IMG/VR virus record: IMGVR_UViG_3300045988_182866
Origin: a virus
DNA length: 64,000 nucleotides
Strand: one strand, 5' to 3'
The translations under genes and the position numbers were made by a program. Positions 56,148 through 64,000 of the stretch are shown here, piece by piece. Under the pieces are notes generated by a model, which did no database searches, had not been told where the DNA came from, and saw nothing but the letters and a program-made list of their open reading frames with translations. How positions within the stretch are numbered: position 1 is the stretch's first letter; every line of letters starts with the position of its first letter.

Positions 56148-56678
56148 GTGGCCAATATTAAGTTATCAAACTTAGCCAAGACTTTTGAAGATAAAACGGC
56201 AAAAAATCCTTCAGACCTTTCTAACTTTGAAAAGTCTGTTAATACATTATACAAGGATATAAAGTTTGACCTTACTGATATTAATAACTCCGGCATTTTT
56301 ACCGATAATTCTATCAATAGCAATCTTTCAGCTAAAGATATTGAAGTATGTATCAATGAAAATGCAATTTATAATTCTTTAAAAAACTGGTTCAGGACAA
56401 GTGAATGTTCTCGTCTTTTAAATCCTGATTTAAAATTTGATTTACGTTCCTATTTGTTTGAAGGAATTAATGAATATACTGCATACTTTCTCGGCCTTGA
56501 ATTAATGCAAAAATTGCCTTATTTTGAGCCGAGAATTAATGTTGAAGACTGCCAAATTCAATTAGACTATCTAAATGATGCTTATATTATTAATATGACC
56601 TTAACTATTCCATCTTTAAATAACAAAACTATTAACTTAAAAGAAATTTTAAATTCTTCTGGATATACTACTCTTTAG
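56148..56678 (+). CDS. gp25-like baseplate wedge protein (GPW/gp25 family)
   Basis: 176 aa. IYNSLKNWFRTSECSRLLNPDLKFDLRSYLFEGIN parallels T4 gp25 IKNSLLGIITTRKGSRPFDPEFGCDLSDQLFENMT; GLELMQKLPYFEPRINVEDCQI parallels ERNIESAVRNYEPRIDKLAVNV. Confidence 0.7.
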   Translation: MANIKLSNLAKTFEDKTAKNPSDLSNFEKSVNTLYKDIKFDLTDINNSGIFTDNSINSNLSAKDIEVCINENAIYNSLKNWFRTSECSRLLNPDLKFDLRSYLFEGINEYTAYFLGLELMQKLPYFEPRINVEDCQIQLDYLNDAYIINMTLTIPSLNNKTINLKEILNSSGYTTL

Positions 56679-56682
56679 TTCC

Positions 56683-58482
56683 ATGGCTATTACTTCTAAT
56701 ACAACCCCTAGTGACCAAAATTTCGCTTTATTTGAAGGTAGTTCAATTAAACAATTTATAATTGAACAACTCAATAAAGGAGGAATTTTTATTGACCAGC
56801 AATATCTTGGATCTAATTTAAATGCCTTTATTGATATTATTGCAGTTATGCTTCAACAGCTGCAATTCCATTTTAATACCTCTGCCACTGAAAATACTTT
56901 TGCTACGGCGAGCTTATATGAAAATATGAATAAGCTTGTAAGTTTGTTTAATTATAAGCCTAATGGTAAACAGACTTCTATTCTTCCTATTTCCATTTTA
57001 GCTTCTTTAAGCTCTAATAATAAAATTGGAACTTTTCTTATTCCCCGATATTCATTTATCAATTATAATAAATCTTTTATTTTAAGGAATGATTTAGTTT
57101 TTTCTTCTTTATTAAACGAAGAAACAGAAATTAATGATATTCTTTATCAAGGTTCATTAACAGAATCTGATATTTTCTTAACCTCCGGAGAAGAATTTCA
57201 AGTCATTACCTTAATAGATAATAATATCAAAACTGATAACGGTCGATTTATTACTGATAATTTCTTTGATGTTTATGTTAAGGAGCCTAATGGCAAATGG
57301 GTTCAATATGAAGAAGTAAAATCTTTATTCGAATCTAAGGGTAATGATAAAGTTTTTGAGCGGAGACTTAATGAAAATTATAATTATGAATTTAAATTTG
57401 GTAATAATATCAATGGCTATAAACCTGTAGAAAATTCTGAAATTATTATTTTTTATGTAATTTCAGATGGTTCTTCTGCTGAAGTTGGTGACTGGCTTAT
57501 TAATAATACTGAATTATTTTTGTATAACTCTACAAAATTTCAGGAAATTATTATGGACACAACAACTGGTATTTTTGATATATTACCAGCCTATATCACT
57601 CCAAATGATTTAAAGTATATTAAAGTTTCTAATACTGGTTATTCAACTCCGGTTTCTGCAGTTGAATCTGTTGACATTATTAGAAATAATGTCCCTAAAA
57701 TCTTTGCTTCTCAGAATCGTTTATTAAACGAACAAGACTATATCACTTATATCAACAAAATGTTTAATAATTTTGTTAAAGATTGTTATGTCTTTTCTAA
57801 TTCTGAGTATACTGGTTCCTATTTGAAATATTTTTATAATATTGGTTTGGATGCACCAAATGATGATCCTCGTGTTGCCCTTAACCAAGTAACCTTTCAA
57901 TCTTCCTGTGGATTTAACAACGTTTACGTGGCTCTCCTCCCTCTTATTAATACTATTATTAATGATAAAATACCGAATTATGTGAATACTAATCTTAAAC
58001 AATATATTGTTGAAGGATTAAATTCTTATAAAGATATTGCACATAATATTGCACCGATTGACCCAATTTATAAAGCCGTTTCTTTTGGGATTATCCGGGC
58101 AGATAATAATAGTTTACCAGAACATTTTGAAGATGTCCAATTAGTATTAGTAAGAGACAAATATAGTAACTTTAATAGTGATTATATTACTTCTCAAGCA
58201 ACTAGTGTCTTTAATAACTTTTTCAATAATGTTAAGCTGGGAGCAACTATCGATATTTCATTGCTTTCTGCCCAACTTGCCCAAATCCCAGGCGTAATTG
58301 ATATTAAAATGCAGGATGGGACTAATGAAACCGATAAATTAACATTTATTGTCTGGAATCCTCTTTATGAAGAAAATGATTTTACAATAACCCAGCAAAA
58401 TATTCTTCTTTCTCCATTTATGTTCCCTTATTTTTATGATTTAAGGAACATTAACTCTAAAATGATTGTCATAAATGAGTAA
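56683..58482 (+). CDS. baseplate wedge protein, gp6/J-like (by size and position after the gp25-like gene)
   Basis: 599-aa ORF directly following the gp25-like gene, as gp6 follows gp25-family genes in T4-like and P2-like baseplate modules. Confidence 0.4.
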   Translation: MAITSNTTPSDQNFALFEGSSIKQFIIEQLNKGGIFIDQQYLGSNLNAFIDIIAVMLQQLQFHFNTSATENTFATASLYENMNKLVSLFNYKPNGKQTSILPISILASLSSNNKIGTFLIPRYSFINYNKSFILRNDLVFSSLLNEETEINDILYQGSLTESDIFLTSGEEFQVITLIDNNIKTDNGRFITDNFFDVYVKEPNGKWVQYEEVKSLFESKGNDKVFERRLNENYNYEFKFGNNINGYKPVENSEIIIFYVISDGSSAEVGDWLINNTELFLYNSTKFQEIIMDTTTGIFDILPAYITPNDLKYIKVSNTGYSTPVSAVESVDIIRNNVPKIFASQNRLLNEQDYITYINKMFNNFVKDCYVFSNSEYTGSYLKYFYNIGLDAPNDDPRVALNQVTFQSSCGFNNVYVALLPLINTIINDKIPNYVNTNLKQYIVEGLNSYKDIAHNIAPIDPIYKAVSFGIIRADNNSLPEHFEDVQLVLVRDKYSNFNSDYITSQATSVFNNFFNNVKLGATIDISLLSAQLAQIPGVIDIKMQDGTNETDKLTFIVWNPLYEENDFTITQQNILLSPFMFPYFYDLRNINSKMIVINE

Positions 58483-60853
58483 TACTTTTAAAGGTAGGAT
58501 TACAATTACTAATGATTTAACAAATCAAGAATATAACCCTGTTTCTGATGTAATTTTTACAGTTTCAGGGTCTACAGTTACTTTATCTTTTAATGATAAT
58601 CAAATTGTAGAGACTTCTGACTTAGATGAATCTGGTAATCCTATCTCTTACCAGATTTTTAAAAAATTTGACCGAGAAATTTTATGGGATTTTGGAGATG
58701 GGACTAAAATTAAAGGATTAACAGCTACCCATACCTATAAAAATCCTGGCTCCTATAGTGTAACTTGTACATGTTTTGATGCTGATGAAAATCCTTACAA
58801 AAACAGTTATCCCAAAGCTGAGCAAACAATCAAAGTCGTGGATATTCTCCCGACTATTATCTCTTATACTTCTGCATACCTTAAAAAAGTTGAAGCTGGA
58901 CTTTTAAAAAATGTATATGCCGGACAACAAATAGAAGTTGCTGAAGTTATTGCCACTTTAGACAAAAGTATTACAAATAAAGTACCAATTAAATGTCATG
59001 CTGTTAAAGCTGGAGCAACCAATATTTTTGATCTTCCGCCTAATAATCCTTATCAGCATTTACTCCCTTATAATACTTTCTTAGATGAAGATAATGAACC
59101 GACATTATCTATTATCCCAGAATATAAAGATGTCTATGTAGTTTTTGATTATTCAAATGATTCTGGATTGATTCTTAATTTGTATATTATTAATCCAGAA
59201 ATGACTGCTTTAACTGAAGTTGAACCTTTAATAGTAGATTCATCCATCAAATATATCTGTAATACTTTAATGGTTCCTTCATTAGATTCTATTTCTACTT
59301 TAAATTATTACCATATTGGTCAAAGCGGAAAAACTTCTATTAAATTTCAAGATGATTTACCTTCTTCCCAGGATGAATTAACTTTTGTGCTTGATACTGA
59401 TTATTTTCCTGATGATAATGTCCTTTTAGGAAAAAATACTATCAATCTTGTTTCGATTGGAACCAGTTTGGAAATTAAACAAAATAATCCTGATAAACTC
59501 AATATATTCATTTCTACAAACGGCTTAACAACTGCGGATAATTCAGATGAGCATCCTATTATAGATATTTCTTTAGAAAATAATACATTTAGTTTTTGTA
59601 GGGCAAAATATCTAGGTATAGATTCACCATTTGTAATACGTTTAATAGCAGATAATTATGGATATTACTTTATTAAAGATATTGCCATTAAAGAAATAAT
59701 TGGTAATTGTGAAAATGCCTCTGTTGAGTTTTATACCGGATTAGAATCTGTATTGGGTACTCCCTATATGTCTATGGGTTCTTGCTTCGGCACTCTAAGG
59801 CCATTGGTGGAAACGGATGAACTTACTTCCACATTTAATTTATCTGTATCATGGGAAGGAACATCTCTTCAAAAATCAGATTTAAGCGTAGATAATTTAA
59901 CTTTTATTGATCTCAAAAGCTTTTCTAATAAGGATTCAAAATATTATTTGGATCCTAAGCAGGATTATACTGAATATTCAGCCAAAGAAATCTGGAATAT
60001 CTATAAAACTCATCCTGTTTTTGAAAATCTTCCATTTTTAGACCAATATATGCTTGGTATTTTTGAATCAGATAACTTTTTGGAAAAAGTTATTAATAAA
60101 GGTAATAATTTTGTTAATGATTTTGGGAATATCAATACTTGCTCTATTATTAGCCTTATTTCTATCTGCGAAAGTCTAAATCTTACTTTAGACTTGTATA
60201 ATAATGAAAATTTCTCTCAGCCTGAAAGTATTAATCAGCTTTTAAAAATTCTTTCCATTAACCATTCCAGATTAATTGGTACCAAGTTTAAAGTTAAAGA
60301 TGAATTTGAGACACTTGATAAGCTTCCGGGTAAAAATCGAGGTCCTCAATATGATTTAACTGAAAAAATCTATATTAAAACTGTAAATGGCAAGCGAATT
60401 TGGCCAATAATTGTTTGTTATGATAGATTTGCTAAGCAATATTTTCTTCTTAATACTGCTCTTTTAGAAAAAGTGAGAAAATCTCCTATTAAAACCGATG
60501 AACAAGGAGAGTATTTTCAATTAATTGAGTATTTTAAGACCTGGGGATGGAATTTGTTATTAGGAGATTTCGAAAAAGAGCTTTTTAATATCATTTCCCC
60601 CAATAAAAACCTTTATCAAATGCTTAATCTTTTAGCTTCTAAACCAATTGAAGATAAAGCTCGAGAACAATTAAACAAATTTTATTACTTCTATCAGTAT
60701 ATTGATACTAATGAGACAGATATTCACAATTCTTATCTGAAACCAGAGACTATTTCTGATAATATTAAAGATTATAATACCTGGTATAAAGCTGATGGTT
60801 CTATTGACCGATTACTTTATAAAACCTTGATTGAGAATCTTGGACTCAATTAG
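58475..60853 (+). CDS. baseplate/fibre-associated structural protein with PKD domain
   Basis: 792 aa. PKD signature ILWDFGDGTKIKGLTATHTYKNPGSYSVTCTCFD. Confidence 0.4.
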   Translation: MSNTFKGRITITNDLTNQEYNPVSDVIFTVSGSTVTLSFNDNQIVETSDLDESGNPISYQIFKKFDREILWDFGDGTKIKGLTATHTYKNPGSYSVTCTCFDADENPYKNSYPKAEQTIKVVDILPTIISYTSAYLKKVEAGLLKNVYAGQQIEVAEVIATLDKSITNKVPIKCHAVKAGATNIFDLPPNNPYQHLLPYNTFLDEDNEPTLSIIPEYKDVYVVFDYSNDSGLILNLYIINPEMTALTEVEPLIVDSSIKYICNTLMVPSLDSISTLNYYHIGQSGKTSIKFQDDLPSSQDELTFVLDTDYFPDDNVLLGKNTINLVSIGTSLEIKQNNPDKLNIFISTNGLTTADNSDEHPIIDISLENNTFSFCRAKYLGIDSPFVIRLIADNYGYYFIKDIAIKEIIGNCENASVEFYTGLESVLGTPYMSMGSCFGTLRPLVETDELTSTFNLSVSWEGTSLQKSDLSVDNLTFIDLKSFSNKDSKYYLDPKQDYTEYSAKEIWNIYKTHPVFENLPFLDQYMLGIFESDNFLEKVINKGNNFVNDFGNINTCSIISLISICESLNLTLDLYNNENFSQPESINQLLKILSINHSRLIGTKFKVKDEFETLDKLPGKNRGPQYDLTEKIYIKTVNGKRIWPIIVCYDRFAKQYFLLNTALLEKVRKSPIKTDEQGEYFQLIEYFKTWGWNLLLGDFEKELFNIISPNKNLYQMLNLLASKPIEDKAREQLNKFYYFYQYIDTNETDIHNSYLKPETISDNIKDYNTWYKADGSIDRLLYKTLIENLGLN

Positions 60854-63698
60854 TCCTTTAAATATCTCCAAGGTAATGATAAACTTTGAAATTAATTCAA
60901 TTATTAATTCTAATAGTGTTCCGTCTGAAGTTAAGGACACTATTAAACCTTATACATTTATTGAATTTATTTCAAAAACTTCTTTTGAAAATGATAAAGA
61001 AGTCTTTTTGACTTATTATAAAGAATATCTTACTGAATGGGCCAAAGTTAAAAATGATGACCATCAAATTATTGAGACTAAAGAATTAATTCAGTCTCAG
61101 ATTATTGATTTACTTAAAATTATTACTGTTTCTTATGCTACCTTTGAAGAACAGGTCTTTTTATCTAATCTAAATTGGAATTTTAATTCATTAGAAGATC
61201 CTAATGAGAAATTAAAGGCCAAAAATGCGATTTACTCAGCATTACCTATCTTTGTTTCCAGAATTAAAGATATTGCCGCTTTTTATAGAAATAAACGTAC
61301 CGAAGCAACTTTTGTAATTGAACGAAATAAGATTAAAGGTACTCAACTTTCTGTAGAAAAGATTATTTTTGATAAAATTTTAAGTTTTCTTTTTAATGAA
61401 AATCCTGAACAAGTAAATTATGTTCAAAATTATTTGAATGTCTCTATCGATAACTTTGTAGACATTTATTCTGATTATTTTGATATTGACCGGGCTTCAT
61501 CGCTTTCTTGTGACTATAACGATATTGATTCTTCTCTTTATTTTGAGTTAGAAAATATATTAAGAGACATGATCTTTGATGGAAATGTCTATCTTCGGGA
61601 AATTCCATTAATTGCCCAGCTTAGTCTCGACTTATCTCAGGATTGTGTTGGAGATAAACTTACGTTAAAGAATGAATTGCTGGAAAGCAGTAAAGTTTCT
61701 CTAATATCCAATGATGAAAAAATTAATATTAGAAAGAAACTTTATAAAAAGTACATTGGCGTTGATTTTTATTACTTGATTAAGGATTCCGAAGGTAATA
61801 TTACTACTGATGTATTCATTAAAGCTGATAATCCTTCAAACAATCTTCTAAACCAGCAAACTGTTGATACTCCATTTACTGAATCCAAACAATTAGAACT
61901 TCTCAAAAATATCGGTTTATTCTTTAAACCGGATAAAACAAGTTTACTTAGAGTTAATACAACTAACTTTGATTATTCTATTGATGAAAGTAAAGTGGAG
62001 CCTAATAAGGTTTACATTTTTCCTGATCCAAAAATTTATGGTAATGTAGCATTTAATCGACAAAAAGATTATCCTTATATTATTGAATATTCTTTAACTG
62101 AATATTCTAAAAACTTTAACTTTGGCTGGGCTGCTAACGATCCATTGGTTGTCAGTGATGCTCAGGCAATGTTTGCCTACTATTCTAAAGAACAAGATGT
62201 TGACAAGCTCAATAAAAATAATATTGTTTCTTTAAATTTCTATGAACTTTTTAATAAAGGATTTATAAGTTCCTTTAAATCTGACTTATATGGCAATAAA
62301 TTTGCTATTTTTAAAGAAAAAAATGGTAAATTTGCCCGAGATTGGAATTTTACTCCATTTATTCCTCAGCCCGAAGTAGAAGAAAAGTTTTTATTAGTCG
62401 ATGGAGGCGTTTTAGGAGTTGATGATGTAGGAGTTTCTACTGAAGTTTCGGCAGATAAAATTACATGGACTCCTGAAAATCATTATTATTCTTACTTTAT
62501 TGAAGGAGGTATAAGCACTCTTCTTCCAGCTTATTTCCGTGCTTATATTCCTAATGGTACAACAATTGGCAATGGTGATTTGACTCTTGCTATTGAAGAT
62601 ATTTTAAATGAACCATTTAGTGCTGTAATAGACGGCAAGTTTATTACAACTGACTATAACGAAATTATCGATAACAATCAGTTTACTTTACCTAAAATTT
62701 ATTATCAGAATGAAGAATATAAGACAGAGCCTCTTCCTGATTATCTAAAACCTGATTATGAAAAAAATAAGGAAAAGACTTATTTTGAAATTCTTGAAGA
62801 AAAAGGTACAATCTTAATTTCTATTACTGGATTAGGACAAATTACTGATATATATTCAGCATTTCCCTGGTGGCAAACTTCTGCCGATAATGAAATTTAT
62901 AATTTCTTTATTGAGAATGCTATTGATATTGATGTTATTGAGAATATATTCATCATTAAAGCTAAAAATCCAGCGACAGGAGCGGTTCATTTATTATTTG
63001 AAGGCATTAAATTTAATCCTCTGACTAATAAATTTGAGCAGCTCTTTACCAATAAACAAGCAATTTTCTTTAATAATGAAAATTCTTTGATTAAAGCTTC
63101 TTATTTTGATGCCTTTAATTACAAGAGTTTTGAACTTATTAATCCTGCTTTCTTTTCTGGAAATGCAAATATTTGTGATAAAGGTTCTGATATTTTCTAT
63201 ATTGAGAAGCTTCATAAATGTTATTTTGCAGTAATGAATGTTTCCATTAGTGAAAAATATGTCGATGGAACAAAAATTGAATTTCCTGTTTATTATCCGG
63301 ACATTTATGAAATTGATTTAATTAATTTTACCGTTAAAAAATATTATTTTCATACTGAAGAGCAAAAAGCTGAATCTTTCCAAATTCCTTCTTCTCTCTT
63401 TAAAAATGGATCAGTAATGATTCAAAAGGCTGGAAATCCATGCTTAACTTATTCATTCGATACAAATACATTTATGCTTTCTTATGTCTTATATGATGTG
63501 AATATGTGCCCTTATGTTTATAAACATTTCTTCCAATTAAGCGTATCTGGAGTTGAATTATTTGGAGAAATAGATCCAGATTCTTTAGACTCGACCGTTT
63601 ATAGTCCGGCATTTACCGGACAGGAATCTGTCATTACGCCAGGAGATAAAACAACGACTCTTTATCTGAATTTTAATACCAACTTTATTGTATCTTAA
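60831..63698 (+). CDS. large hypothetical structural protein (baseplate/tail fibre region)
   Basis: 955-aa ORF; overlaps upstream gene by 23 nt. Confidence 0.3.
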   Translation: MRILDSISPLNISKVMINFEINSIINSNSVPSEVKDTIKPYTFIEFISKTSFENDKEVFLTYYKEYLTEWAKVKNDDHQIIETKELIQSQIIDLLKIITVSYATFEEQVFLSNLNWNFNSLEDPNEKLKAKNAIYSALPIFVSRIKDIAAFYRNKRTEATFVIERNKIKGTQLSVEKIIFDKILSFLFNENPEQVNYVQNYLNVSIDNFVDIYSDYFDIDRASSLSCDYNDIDSSLYFELENILRDMIFDGNVYLREIPLIAQLSLDLSQDCVGDKLTLKNELLESSKVSLISNDEKINIRKKLYKKYIGVDFYYLIKDSEGNITTDVFIKADNPSNNLLNQQTVDTPFTESKQLELLKNIGLFFKPDKTSLLRVNTTNFDYSIDESKVEPNKVYIFPDPKIYGNVAFNRQKDYPYIIEYSLTEYSKNFNFGWAANDPLVVSDAQAMFAYYSKEQDVDKLNKNNIVSLNFYELFNKGFISSFKSDLYGNKFAIFKEKNGKFARDWNFTPFIPQPEVEEKFLLVDGGVLGVDDVGVSTEVSADKITWTPENHYYSYFIEGGISTLLPAYFRAYIPNGTTIGNGDLTLAIEDILNEPFSAVIDGKFITTDYNEIIDNNQFTLPKIYYQNEEYKTEPLPDYLKPDYEKNKEKTYFEILEEKGTILISITGLGQITDIYSAFPWWQTSADNEIYNFFIENAIDIDVIENIFIIKAKNPATGAVHLLFEGIKFNPLTNKFEQLFTNKQAIFFNNENSLIKASYFDAFNYKSFELINPAFFSGNANICDKGSDIFYIEKLHKCYFAVMNVSISEKYVDGTKIEFPVYYPDIYEIDLINFTVKKYYFHTEEQKAESFQIPSSLFKNGSVMIQKAGNPCLTYSFDTNTFMLSYVLYDVNMCPYVYKHFFQLSVSGVELFGEIDPDSLDSTVYSPAFTGQESVITPGDKTTTLYLNFNTNFIVS

Positions 63699-64000
63699 TG
63701 GATTCAAATGCTAAAGAAATTAGACCAGCAATCGAACTAGACAATCTTTTAGTCTGGGATGAGGCATCTTTGCCTGAATATCCTTCCGGAGAAAATATTT
63801 TAGTAGAAAATAATTCAGAAGTATTTCTTAATTTTTATTATACAAATTTTCATGCAATGCCTCCACTTTTTAGCCAGGGAGGAACAGTTACTAATAAAAT
63901 TACTAAAATTATTGTTGATTGGGGCGATGGTCAATCAAATGAATATAATTACCAGATCGACACCTTGAATATTAATTGGCTTAGAGATATTAGTACCTGG
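63698..64000 (+). CDS. partial structural protein (5' end only), PKD-like start
   Basis: ATG overlaps the upstream stop (TAATG); runs off the window; contains VDWGDGQSNEYNYQID (PKD-like WxxGDG). Confidence 0.3.
   Translation, partial: MDSNAKEIRPAIELDNLLVWDEASLPEYPSGENILVENNSEVFLNFYYTNFHAMPPLFSQGGTVTNKITKIIVDWGDGQSNEYNYQIDTLNINWLRDISTW

Overview
This window is an AT-rich (by eye roughly 30% G+C), densely packed segment of a T4-like (Tevenvirinae-related) myovirus genome; it shows no cellular DNA. T4 core genes that I recognise directly from the protein sequences: rIIA and rIIB, DNA ligase, dihydrofolate reductase, a thymidylate-synthase-family enzyme, a gp17-like large terminase, gp18 tail sheath, gp19 tail tube, gp44 clamp loader, gp25-like and gp53-like baseplate proteins, an endolysin, and a thioredoxin. 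Accessory content stands out: (1) a ThyA-family enzyme with Asp in place of the invariant dUMP-specifying Asn, next to a MazG-like NTP pyrophosphatase, a P-loop dNMP kinase and DHFR, which predicts 5-modified cytosine in the phage DNA; (2) the large terminase gene is interrupted in its P-loop by a mini-intein and encoded as two ORFs overlapping by 8 nt in different frames, a candidate atypical split intein, preceded by a catalytically dead paralog of the TerL ATPase core; (3) five paralogous freestanding homing-endonuclease-like genes (tandem zinc-ribbon repeats plus a Vsr/DUF559-like nuclease domain), flanking the phage GroEL and the tail sheath gene; (4) a phage-borne PspA(IM30) - two small genes - SPFH/band-7 operon that mirrors the bacterial pspA-ydjGHI envelope-stress operon; (5) a macro domain, an orphan NPPY amino-methyltransferase, a Pol-beta-type nucleotidyltransferase, a PAS-domain membrane protein and a 520-aa poly-acidic protein; (6) a conserved hairpin family and an exactly duplicated 16-mer upstream motif. 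I found no tRNA, rRNA or CRISPR array.
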